Virus record (IMG/VR): IMGVR_UViG_3300033153_011579
Reading direction: 5' to 3' (one strand)
Length of the DNA stretch: 18,351 bases
Source: a virus
Lineage: Duplodnaviria > Heunggongvirae > Uroviricota > Caudoviricetes
Shown: positions 7,621 to 14,693 of the stretch, piece after piece
Position numbering within the stretch: position 1 is the stretch's first letter
Layout of the letters: each line of letters begins with the position of its first letter
The notes under the pieces: generated by a model
Told to the model about the DNA's origin: nothing
What the model saw: only the letters and a program-made list of their open reading frames with translations
Database searches by the model: none
Translations under genes and position numbers: made by a program

Positions 7621-8331
7621 ATGGTGATCATCAACCCAGAGAGAGACAAGCGGATGGCAGCGAAGGCCGCGGAGCGTGCTGCAGGACAGAAGGGTTTTAA
7701 CTACGACCCGACGATCAAGCCACCGGAGTTCTACGGGGACGCCCACGAGACGGGTATCGTCGGCCTGACGTTCAAGCCGCCGTGGCCCACCGCCATCGGT
7801 TGGGTGTGCCGCACGCGACGCGTGGCCGACCTGATCCGCGCCGACCAACCCGTCTTCGAGCTCGGCTGTGGGTTCGGAATCTTAGCGGCGATGCTCTGGC
7901 ACGAAGGGTTTCACCGCGCGAACTACCTCGGCTGGGATTTTTGTCCTGACGCCATCGCCGTGGCCAAGAAGGGGAACGCCAAGGAGGCCCACCAGAACGC
8001 ATTGTGGGTGACGAGCGATCTCGACGATGATGCAGGTCGAGAGCGGGTCCGGATCTCTGTGGAGGCCCAACCAGACAATCTCGCAGTCGTCTCGTGCGAG
8101 ACGCTCGAGCACCTCGAGCACGACAGGGAGCTCGTCGAGGCGATCCCGTCGGGCACCTTCTGCATCTTCAGCGTCCCGCAGTTCTGGGCCCGGTCTCACC
8201 TGCGGAAATTCCAGACGCCGGGGATCGCCCACGAGCGCTACGGCGAGTTCCTCGAAGCCCGGTACCGGCAGTTCCAATTCTATCCAAAGCCCGAGTCGGG
8301 CTGGATCCTCATCTGGGGCTACAGAAAGTAG
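7621..8331 (+). CDS. Class I SAM-dependent methyltransferase (236 aa)
   Basis: GAGGAG SD at 7609-7614. Motif I VFELGCGFG, motif II LGWDF and VSCETLEHLEHD. Confidence 0.85.
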   Translation: MVIINPERDKRMAAKAAERAAGQKGFNYDPTIKPPEFYGDAHETGIVGLTFKPPWPTAIGWVCRTRRVADLIRADQPVFELGCGFGILAAMLWHEGFHRANYLGWDFCPDAIAVAKKGNAKEAHQNALWVTSDLDDDAGRERVRISVEAQPDNLAVVSCETLEHLEHDRELVEAIPSGTFCIFSVPQFWARSHLRKFQTPGIAHERYGEFLEARYRQFQFYPKPESGWILIWGYRK

Positions 8332-8339
8332 GGGGCAAC

Positions 8340-8660
8340 ATGTCCGAAAGAGTCAAGCTGAGCGAAGAAGAGAGCCTCCTGCCGCAGTGCAAGTCTCGCG
8401 AGGTGGCCAACATCCTCGGTGGCTTCCTCGGTGGCCTCGTTGGCTTCATCGACGTCGCGGCGGTCCGCACGGCAGTCCAGTGGTGGGCGGAGTGCGATGA
8501 GGCCTGGGCCGCGTTCGAGGCGATGAACCCGACGAAGATGCCGTGCGCAGGCTGCAAGTACATCAACGACGTCCCCGACGGTGGGGGGTTCTGCTACATG
8601 TTCAAGGAAGCCCCAGAGACGCTCCCGTGTGGAGCGTGGAAGGCGGACCTTCCTCGATAG
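8340..8660 (+). CDS. Hypothetical protein with a C-terminal four-Cys motif (106 aa)
   Basis: ATG at 8340 after GGGGG. CAGC...GFC...LPC metal-binding-like pattern. Confidence 0.65.
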   Translation: MSERVKLSEEESLLPQCKSREVANILGGFLGGLVGFIDVAAVRTAVQWWAECDEAWAAFEAMNPTKMPCAGCKYINDVPDGGGFCYMFKEAPETLPCGAWKADLPR

Positions 8661-8678
8661 GCCACCAGTGGCCTTTTT
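8659..8678 (+). terminator. Intrinsic terminator candidate
   Basis: AGGCCA-CCAG-TGGCCT followed by a T run (8674-8678), starting at the stop codon. Confidence 0.6.
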
Positions 8679-8703
8679 ATCCTGGGGTGTGATACCCTCG
8701 GGT

Positions 8704-9462
8704 ATGGCCCTCGAGCACCCGATCGTCTTCTACGTGACGAACAATAAAGGCGGGAAGTCCGACGGCGCGACCTTCACGGCCGAGGCGCGGAACTTCCAGC
8801 AGCTCTACAACGTCCACGACTCCGACATGATCGGTCTCGACACCGCCCGGCTGTCGAAGTCCGCACGCCGGCAGGTGGTGGCCACCGTGCTCGAGCAGCG
8901 GTGGGGCTACGGTTACGATTCTGTCGTCTTCTTCGGCCACGGTGGGAAGACCTGGAGCGACCTCGGCTACAACCTCCAGAACGTCGACCAGTTCGCGGTC
9001 GCGATGGCCGATGCCCTCGACCCGGACGCGGTGGTCGTCCTGTACGCCTGCCTGAACGCCGACGGCCCCGGGTTTGACTCTGACGACCCCGACGAGCGGG
9101 TCGCCGGGAGTTTCGCCGAAGTCCTCCACAACGCGATGTGCGACGCCGGTCTCGACCGGTCGCGTGTGCTCGGCCACACCTCGATGGGTCACGCGACGGA
9201 AAATCCCTATCTCATGGTCATCGGGCCGTGCGGACAGGGGGCGAGTTGGTACTCGGCGTCACCAGGCGAGCCCGGCTGGTCCGACTGGGCGCACAAGATG
9301 AAGATGAAGGGCGACTACGACCTGCTCGTCCCGTCGTACCTCGAGGACGTCGATTACAAGAAGGTCGCCGAGCAGGGCGACGAGGGAGCGGGGGCTATCG
9401 CTGTCGCCTTCCTGGCCGTCGCCGCCGGCGCGCTCTACGTCTGGTCGAAACGCCGCCGCTGA
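8704..9462 (+). CDS. Caspase/gingipain-fold (clan CD-like) cysteine protease with a C-terminal TM anchor (252 aa)
   Basis: VVFFGHG (H79) and VVLYAC (C116), each after a hydrophobic strand. C-terminal AIAVAFLAVAAGALYVW-SKRRR. Confidence 0.6.
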   Translation: MALEHPIVFYVTNNKGGKSDGATFTAEARNFQQLYNVHDSDMIGLDTARLSKSARRQVVATVLEQRWGYGYDSVVFFGHGGKTWSDLGYNLQNVDQFAVAMADALDPDAVVVLYACLNADGPGFDSDDPDERVAGSFAEVLHNAMCDAGLDRSRVLGHTSMGHATENPYLMVIGPCGQGASWYSASPGEPGWSDWAHKMKMKGDYDLLVPSYLEDVDYKKVAEQGDEGAGAIAVAFLAVAAGALYVWSKRRR

Positions 9463-9468
9463 TCACCA

Positions 9469-10143
9469 ATGAAGTTGCGGGTCGTCATCAGCTGGGTGCC
9501 CTTTCCGAAGGGGTCAGCGCGCGAGGATCACCAGCTGAAGGTATGGGGTCAACTCGTCGAGCTCGCTCCTCCATGGTGTGAGGTTGTCGTGGCGCTCCTG
9601 GACGGTGAGCCCGACCCTGGATTGAACCTCGAGCCTACTGTGCTCCCACGTCGGGCCGACGTCGCGGGCGATTCGGATCGCCCTCTGCCGTATCTGAGAG
9701 ACATGGTCGACGTCGCACTGAATTCGGACGTCACCTGGGGTGGGTTTCTGAACTCCGACATCGTCGTGACGCCCGAGTTTTTTTCTGTAATTGAGCACCT
9801 CTCGCCGACGACGTCGATGGTTCTCTGCCACCGGACAGACATCCTCCGGCTCGGTGGCGGGCTGCAGAACAGCCGTCGACAGCGAGCTCCCGGGTGCTCC
9901 GACGGCTGCTTCTTCCATCGCGATACCTGGAAGCAACGAAGGGACACCGTTCCTGACTACATCATCGGCGAGGCCGCCTGGGATCGCGGGATGTGGCTCT
10001 GGAGTCGCGTGCACGAAGTCGACGTCCGACACATGAGCGACGACGAGATTCTCCACGTCCAGCTGCGGCCGCTCTGGTATCGGTGGAGCAGGGGAGCGAA
10101 GTACAACCGAGCGTTCAACGTCGAGCTCGCTCAGACGCTGTAG
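9469..10143 (+). CDS. GT-A-fold glycosyltransferase-like protein, paralog 2 (224 aa)
   Basis: Shares LPY..D, GFLNSDI.VTPEFF, HRTDI, C.DG.F, PD.I.GE..WD.G and GA.YN with 4090..4797. Confidence 0.62.
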   Translation: MKLRVVISWVPFPKGSAREDHQLKVWGQLVELAPPWCEVVVALLDGEPDPGLNLEPTVLPRRADVAGDSDRPLPYLRDMVDVALNSDVTWGGFLNSDIVVTPEFFSVIEHLSPTTSMVLCHRTDILRLGGGLQNSRRQRAPGCSDGCFFHRDTWKQRRDTVPDYIIGEAAWDRGMWLWSRVHEVDVRHMSDDEILHVQLRPLWYRWSRGAKYNRAFNVELAQTL

Positions 10144-10148
10144 CCATT

Positions 10149-10167
10149 AAAAAGTGCGTTAGCGCAC
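10149..10167 (-). terminator. Terminator candidate at the convergence of the two operons
   Basis: Minus strand reads GTGCG-CTAA-CGCAC-TTTTT. The TAA stop of the radical SAM gene sits in the loop. Confidence 0.55.
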
Positions 10168-10857
10168 CCAGCCGCAGCGCTGGCAGATTTCTAGCTGGCG
10201 GTATCCAGCCTGTAGCTCCTTGTAGACCTTCATCATGGCCGGATTGGCGAGAATGTCAGGGAAGGCCTGGTTGGGAAGTTTTCCAAAGACGTGACGGCGC
10301 TCGAAGTCGAGGCAGCAGAGGATGACCTCGGCGGTGGAGGCGATCGTCAGCTTACCAAACGGTGCGCTGCAGGGTCGGACGTCGTGGATCACCGGGCGGT
10401 CGTAGACGTTGAGGCGGTTGTCGAGAAACTGGCGGTTGACTTCGTACTTCAGCCCCTTGGGCGCGATGAGTCTCACGAGGCGGCTGTACTCGTCGCCGAA
10501 GTAGGCCGAGACGCGGACGTGCGAGACGCCGTGGAGCACGCGGAGGTCGTCGAGGAGGTCCTGGTTGAGGTTGAATCCGTTCGTCCAGAGCGACCGCGTC
10601 GACTTCGGTACCGTGTCCTTGGCGATGTTCAGGAGCATCGTCAGGCGGGGGTCGATCAGCGGCTCGTTGTAGACGTTGAAGCCGATCCGTCCGGAGTACT
10701 TCGCTTGGCCGAGGTAGTTCATGACGCCCACGATGATGGGCGTCGGGAGGATCCTCGGCGGCTCGTCGAGCTGATGGAGCGGACATCGCTTGTGCTTGTC
10801 TTTAAAAACGCAGATATTCGAAAGCTCGAAGTCGACGGAGTTGACCAGGTCGATCAC
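10159..10857 (-). CDS. Radical SAM/SPASM(twitch)-like protein with a variant Cx5Hx2C motif (232 aa)
   Basis: GTG start overlaps the upstream TGA, with a GGAGGG SD. ELSNICVFKDKHKRCP, YNEPL.DP, WTNG, and C-terminal C...CC...CxxC. Confidence 0.78.
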   Translation of the reverse strand: MIDLVNSVDFELSNICVFKDKHKRCPLHQLDEPPRILPTPIIVGVMNYLGQAKYSGRIGFNVYNEPLIDPRLTMLLNIAKDTVPKSTRSLWTNGFNLNQDLLDDLRVLHGVSHVRVSAYFGDEYSRLVRLIAPKGLKYEVNRQFLDNRLNVYDRPVIHDVRPCSAPFGKLTIASTAEVILCCLDFERRHVFGKLPNQAFPDILANPAMMKVYKELQAGYRQLEICQRCGWVR

Positions 10858-11648
10858 GGCATCCCTCCCCAGCCGTTGGCGTTCCTGATGAACTCCCCGC
10901 GGTTCAGCTTCTTGACTCCGATCTTGTGGTTCTTGATGATGAATTGCCGCATGCCCGGCTGGTGCTGTCCGACATCGTGCCACTGGTGAAGGAGCGCGTA
11001 CCGCTGTGGTAGCCAGTGCCACTTCTTACCCGACATGATCGCTCGCTTCGCGAGGTCGTGGTCCTCGGCTCCCCACCACTCCATCTCCTCGTCTAGCCCG
11101 CGGATCTTGAACCACCACGGTCTCAAGGCCGCCTGGCAGCATCCCCACGACATGAACATCGGGCCTTTCCCCGCGCGCCGGCCGTCCCACTCGATCGCCT
11201 CCGACTGCGCGCGGAGCTCGACGTACATCTCAAGGTTGATGTCGTCCGGCATCGGGACCGGCTTCGACAGAGACCGGTTCGGACACATGACGTACCGGAT
11301 CGGCTGCGCCTCGAGCGCGAGCTCGACCTGCTCGATCATCTCGTTGTGCAAAATACAGTCGACGTCCAGCGTGACGATTGCCTCGACGTCCTCGGCAGTC
11401 CGGCGGATCGCCCAGTTGATGGCGAGCGGCTTCCTCCACGGATCGTCAGGCTTCCCGACCGCCCATAGCTGGCCGCCACCGAGGTGCTCGAACAGCATGT
11501 CGGCAACAGAGCGCCGGGCCTCGTCCGTGTCGCCATGGCAGCTGACGATCACCTGGTCGGGCTTCCGCGTCTGGTACGCCAGCGACTGCAGGTGCCGCGA
11601 GAGCTGCTCGAGCCGGTCTCGGTGCGGTGTGATCGTTACGAGGTGCAC
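10854..11648 (-). CDS. GT2-family glycosyltransferase with a GT7C-like C-terminus (264 aa)
   Basis: GTG start with an AAGGAG SD. KPLAIN, LDVD (DxD), GLDEEMEWWGAEDHDL and LLHQWH. Confidence 0.88.
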   Translation of the reverse strand: MHLVTITPHRDRLEQLSRHLQSLAYQTRKPDQVIVSCHGDTDEARRSVADMLFEHLGGGQLWAVGKPDDPWRKPLAINWAIRRTAEDVEAIVTLDVDCILHNEMIEQVELALEAQPIRYVMCPNRSLSKPVPMPDDINLEMYVELRAQSEAIEWDGRRAGKGPMFMSWGCCQAALRPWWFKIRGLDEEMEWWGAEDHDLAKRAIMSGKKWHWLPQRYALLHQWHDVGQHQPGMRQFIIKNHKIGVKKLNRGEFIRNANGWGGMP

Positions 11649-11656
11649 TAGTGCAC
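11643..11656 (-). promoter_or_regulatory. Junction palindrome GTGCACTAGTGCAC
   Basis: Perfect 14-bp palindrome. The upstream TAG (11650-11648) is in the loop and the downstream GTG start is in the 3' arm. Confidence 0.65.
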
Positions 11657-12064
11657 TCCTTCCCAGTGATGGCGGAGTTGGCCGATCAGGCGGGCGGCGG
11701 CGTCGATCGGCGACTTGGCGATCCCTTCGATCTGGGAACACGCCCCTGAAGGCTCGAACCTTCGGACCATCCACTCTTCGATCAGCTTGTCGGTGTTCCA
11801 GACGCCGGACCGCAGGAGGGCGTAGGCTTCCTTGCAGGCGAGCTCGACGAGGGCGCGGACGTTGTGCTCCTGAGCTCCGCTGACGGTGATGTCGATGTAG
11901 TCGAGACGGTGGCCGCACCAGGCGAGCTTCATGTAAAAATCGTAACCAGAGATCGTGAACTTCTGGGTGACCCCCGGAAGACCGCGGGCACGCATCGCGT
12001 CGGCGGCGATCTTACGATGGTCAGGGGACAGGATGTGTCCCACGATGCCTTGGCAAAAAGCCAT
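11648..12064 (-). CDS. Stand-alone TSCPD-domain protein resembling the class II RNR C-terminal/NrdJb domain (138 aa)
   Basis: TQKFTISG..FY, RFEPSG and KSPIDAAARLI match the pattern of NrdJ C-terminal TSCPD domains as I recall it. Confidence 0.6.
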   Translation of the reverse strand: MAFCQGIVGHILSPDHRKIAADAMRARGLPGVTQKFTISGYDFYMKLAWCGHRLDYIDITVSGAQEHNVRALVELACKEAYALLRSGVWNTDKLIEEWMVRRFEPSGACSQIEGIAKSPIDAAARLIGQLRHHWEGVH

Positions 12065-12279
12065 CAGCCGAGGTAGATCGGGTGCTGCCAGTTAGAGCGG
12101 ACGAGGACCATCTCGTACGGCTCCTCGTGGCCCATCAGGCATTTGTAACAGAGCTTCTTCATCGTCCCGTCTCTCCTGGCGCGGTCGACCGCCTCGAAGT
12201 AGCAGCCGTCGACATCGCACAGGTCGCCCTCTTCCACCGGCAGAGGCTTCCAGCAAAGCCTACCCTTCGCCTTGGCCAT
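12064..12279 (-). CDS. Small Cys-motif (zinc-finger-like) protein (71 aa)
   Basis: CDVDGC...LCYKC. TGATG overlap with the downstream gene. Confidence 0.65.
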   Translation of the reverse strand: MAKAKGRLCWKPLPVEEGDLCDVDGCYFEAVDRARRDGTMKKLCYKCLMGHEEPYEMVLVRSNWQHPIYLG

Positions 12280-13018
12280 AGATGGACTCCTTCAGCATGA
12301 ATATTTGCGCCATCGTCTCGCCCCACTCCTCTTCGGTCCACATCCCCGGGTTGCCGATCTCGTACTTCCACTTGAACGGCTTGCGCTTCGCCCGGTGGTT
12401 GGCGATGTTTTTCTCGTGACTCAAGGCGAACCCGAGACCCTGCTGCTTCTGGAACACTTGCCTGTCCTGCGGGACGTTCTGCCAGACCCAGCCCTGCCAC
12501 TGCGTGTCCTGCCCGGTGACGTTCGGCCTGCCGTTCGACAGCTTTTCCATGAACCTGATCTTTTCGACCGCCGCCTTCCGGTACAAACCGAGAGACCACA
12601 TGAAGGTCGGGACGTAGCAAATCTTGATCGGGTCCATCGCGAGGTTGAAAAACGGGAACTTGAGGTGCGTGGCCAGGACGTCCTTGTCGCCCAGGTGCGA
12701 GGTCGCCCACTGCAGCCAGCACGGAGCCTTCCCGTCGTCGTCGTCTAGCCAGCCGATTATCTCTCCGGTGGCCGTGTCCATCCCGACGTTGCTCTTCTCG
12801 GCGATCGTGCAGCCCGCGGGCGCATGCTTCACCCAGACGAGCTCGCGGAACGGGATGAGCGGCGTCAGCGCGTCGAACGAGCTGTCGGTCGGCGTCGAGT
12901 CGACTACCACGAGCTCTTTCGTGTACCCCGGCGGCGTCTTCAGCGAGTTGTACGTGTGCGCGAGCCACGGCATGAACTCAGGCCGTCCCTCGGTGCAGCA
13001 GATGATCGAAATCTTCAA
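12260..13018 (-). CDS. GT2-family glycosyltransferase (252 aa)
   Basis: ISIICCT.GR, ELVVVD, I.EK.N.G...ATGEIIGWLDDDD. TTG start with a GGAGGG SD. Confidence 0.88.
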   Translation of the reverse strand: MKISIICCTEGRPEFMPWLAHTYNSLKTPPGYTKELVVVDSTPTDSSFDALTPLIPFRELVWVKHAPAGCTIAEKSNVGMDTATGEIIGWLDDDDGKAPCWLQWATSHLGDKDVLATHLKFPFFNLAMDPIKICYVPTFMWSLGLYRKAAVEKIRFMEKLSNGRPNVTGQDTQWQGWVWQNVPQDRQVFQKQQGLGFALSHEKNIANHRAKRKPFKWKYEIGNPGMWTEEEWGETMAQIFMLKESIYGQGEG

Positions 13019-13029
13019 GGGCTAGCCCT
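13018..13029 (-). promoter_or_regulatory. Junction palindrome AGGGCTAGCCCT
   Basis: Perfect 12-bp palindrome. The upstream TAG is in the loop and the TTG start begins at the last stem base. Confidence 0.65.
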
Positions 13030-13285
13030 CCTTTATTGAGCGCAAGGTCTCCTGGCACGTCTCGCACCCGCACTTCTCGCAGTGCTTCACGATCAGGCTG
13101 AGGACAAGATCCATAGTGCGTGCAAAATCACGTGCGTCTCGATGGTCAATAGCGTTCTGCGTGCATTTCAGAGCCTCCCGGAACTTCTCGTCTTCTTCCT
13201 CATCTTCATCATTAGCGGTCAGCTTCTTGAGCTCCGACAGGCGCAGTTCTGATCGTTCCCAAAACTCTTCTTCTGTCATCGCCAT
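13022..13285 (-). CDS. Acidic hypothetical protein with C-terminal CxxCxCxxC (87 aa)
   Basis: GGAGGG SD, ATG at 13285 (or 13279). EDEEEDE tract and HCEKCGCETC. Confidence 0.7.
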   Translation of the reverse strand: MAMTEEEFWERSELRLSELKKLTANDEDEEEDEKFREALKCTQNAIDHRDARDFARTMDLVLSLIVKHCEKCGCETCQETLRSIKEG

Positions 13286-13298
13286 CTCGCCCTCCATT

Positions 13299-13317
13299 AA
13301 AAAGCGGACTGGTCCGC
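13299..13317 (-). terminator. Short hairpin plus U-tract
   Basis: Minus strand reads GCGGA-CCAG-TCCGC-TTTTT-AATGG, immediately after the TAG at 13320-13318. Confidence 0.5.
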
Positions 13318-13746
13318 CTAGCCCACCCGCTTGTATAAAAGTTGGAACGGGCTGTCGGGCTCGATCAGCAGACAGGGCGCCACGACGCCCACCGGAGCGG
13401 GGTCGATGATGTACCGCCTCGGGTTCGGGTCTCCCTCGTCGATGTAGACTATTTCGAACCACTTGTGCTCATGAGCGGCGAAGAACCCCGTGACGAGCGA
13501 CACGACGTGCTCGAGGTCTCCCCGGTCCTTGAACTTGTCCCACAGGAGGGACGCCAGGACGAGCCGAGGAGCTGCGCTCTGGTCGCTTCCCTTCGACCTT
13601 CTCTTCACCTCTTGCGTGAGCTCGTCGTCGACCCAGACCTCTTCCTTCTTGTCGTAATGAATCTGCGTCAGGAGCATCAGGTGGCTCTTCGCGATCTCGT
13701 GCGTCCTGACGGCCAGCAGGTGCCACGCTTCTCTCGTCTTATTCAT
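13318..13746 (-). CDS. Hypothetical protein (142 aa; alternative GTG start at 13752)
   Basis: Tightly packed ORF with an AAAGGA SD. No family recognised. Confidence 0.7.
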   Translation of the reverse strand: MNKTREAWHLLAVRTHEIAKSHLMLLTQIHYDKKEEVWVDDELTQEVKRRSKGSDQSAAPRLVLASLLWDKFKDRGDLEHVVSLVTGFFAAHEHKWFEIVYIDEGDPNPRRYIIDPAPVGVVAPCLLIEPDSPFQLLYKRVG

Positions 13747-13760
13747 GGACACTAGTGTCC
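13747..13760 (-). promoter_or_regulatory. Junction palindrome GGACACTAGTGTCC
   Basis: Perfect 14-bp palindrome abutting the ATG, with the upstream TAG in the loop. An identical copy lies at 15930-15943. Confidence 0.7.
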
Positions 13761-13970
13761 TTTCTTATCTGGTAGACCCATCTGTCGTCGATGTTCGTCC
13801 TTCACTTGCTTGGCGAGGCGCGTCACACGCTCCACGAATCTGTCAAGGTTGTGAGGTGGGATGTAGACAGCTGCTCCGGCCGTCCCTCCGCTTCCCCACT
13901 GCTCGACAACCAAGCAGTTCAGGCCCGTCGTGGTCGTCCTCTGATGCGACACTCTCCAGTCGAAACTCAT
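13752..13970 (-). CDS. Hypothetical protein (72 aa)
   Basis: SD AGGAGG upstream. Fills the gap between its neighbours. Confidence 0.7.
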   Translation of the reverse strand: MSFDWRVSHQRTTTTGLNCLVVEQWGSGGTAGAAVYIPPHNLDRFVERVTRLAKQVKDEHRRQMGLPDKKGH

Positions 13971-13984
13971 GAGGGCTAGCCCTC
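13971..13984 (-). promoter_or_regulatory. Junction palindrome GAGGGCTAGCCCTC
   Basis: Identical to 5079-5092. The upstream TAG is in the loop and the ATG immediately follows the stem. Confidence 0.7.
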
Positions 13985-14218
13985 CTCTTTGGCCAGGAAC
14001 ACGACCCGCTCGTGATCGAACACGCCAATCTCTCCCCAGCCGTGGCGGTTGACGTTGAAGACGATCTCGGGAGCTCCTGGGTCGGTCCCCAGGTCAAGGA
14101 TCGTCGCGATACCTCCTGGGTATTCGCCGACGGCTTGCGTCCCCACCAACTGGCCGATCAGCTTGTCGCCAAACATCTCGACCAGGCGTTTCGCTGTCGT
14201 CTTTATTTCTCTAGGCAT
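13976..14218 (-). CDS. Hypothetical protein (80 aa)
   Basis: ATG overlaps the upstream gene end. GGAGG/AAGG upstream. Confidence 0.7.
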   Translation of the reverse strand: MPREIKTTAKRLVEMFGDKLIGQLVGTQAVGEYPGGIATILDLGTDPGAPEIVFNVNRHGWGEIGVFDHERVVFLAKEEG

Positions 14219-14693
14219 TACCTTCTACCTCCACCATCTCGAGCCGGTCGACCCAGCACCACAGGTTTGCGCACTCCTGGAACCCCTTGGCATCCCTTCC
14301 GTACGTCTTGAGCAGCACATTCTCCATGAGCATGTACGCACCCGCAAGTAGCGGACTGATCTCAAACGCGCGCTTTACCTCGGTACTCACCAGGCGGACG
14401 CGTTCGTAATCAGAGTCGGTCCACACGCGGCACGACACCATTGGGTTTTCCTCGATCATCTTGACGTCGAGGCCGACCTCGATCCCCACCGGACCGATCG
14501 GGTGGAAGCAGTAAATCAAAGGCGTCAGAGACACACCTTCTTCGTTGGTGTTCCACCAACTCCAGCTACCATCTACTGGATCGACCTCAACACCATCAGC
14601 TGGCTCTTTCAGATCGACCGTCCGAATGCGGATCACGAACCCGTGCTCGCGCAGGTACTCCCACTCTCCCTTGGTGATCTCGACTCTCTTCAT
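14211..14693 (-). CDS. Hypothetical protein (160 aa)
   Basis: Start MKRVEITKGEW at an ATGA overlap with the zincin gene. Confidence 0.7.
   Translation of the reverse strand: MKRVEITKGEWEYLREHGFVIRIRTVDLKEPADGVEVDPVDGSWSWWNTNEEGVSLTPLIYCFHPIGPVGIEVGLDVKMIEENPMVSCRVWTDSDYERVRLVSTEVKRAFEISPLLAGAYMLMENVLLKTYGRDAKGFQECANLWCWVDRLEMVEVEGNA

Noticed and set aside
9385-9462. MYXO-CTERM/PEP-CTERM sorting signal on the protease
   Set aside because: TM plus basic tail is present, but the signature motif and the required N-terminal signal peptide are absent.
10858-11022. N-terminal extension of the radical SAM ORF given by the track (similar extensions at 5513, 8581, 11918, 13462, 14924, 15813, 16043)
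   Set aside because: The extensions overlap neighbouring genes in other frames. Internal starts have SD sites and stop/start coupling.
10291-11883. Plus-strand ORFs 10291-10989 and 11035-11883
   Set aside because: Antisense to the radical SAM and GT2 genes, which have clear family motifs.
4090-13018. Calling the module a DNA-hypermodification pathway
   Set aside because: No TET/JBP dioxygenase, dNMP hydroxymethylase, dNMP kinase or cytosine methylase is visible in the window. Kept only as one possible acceptor.
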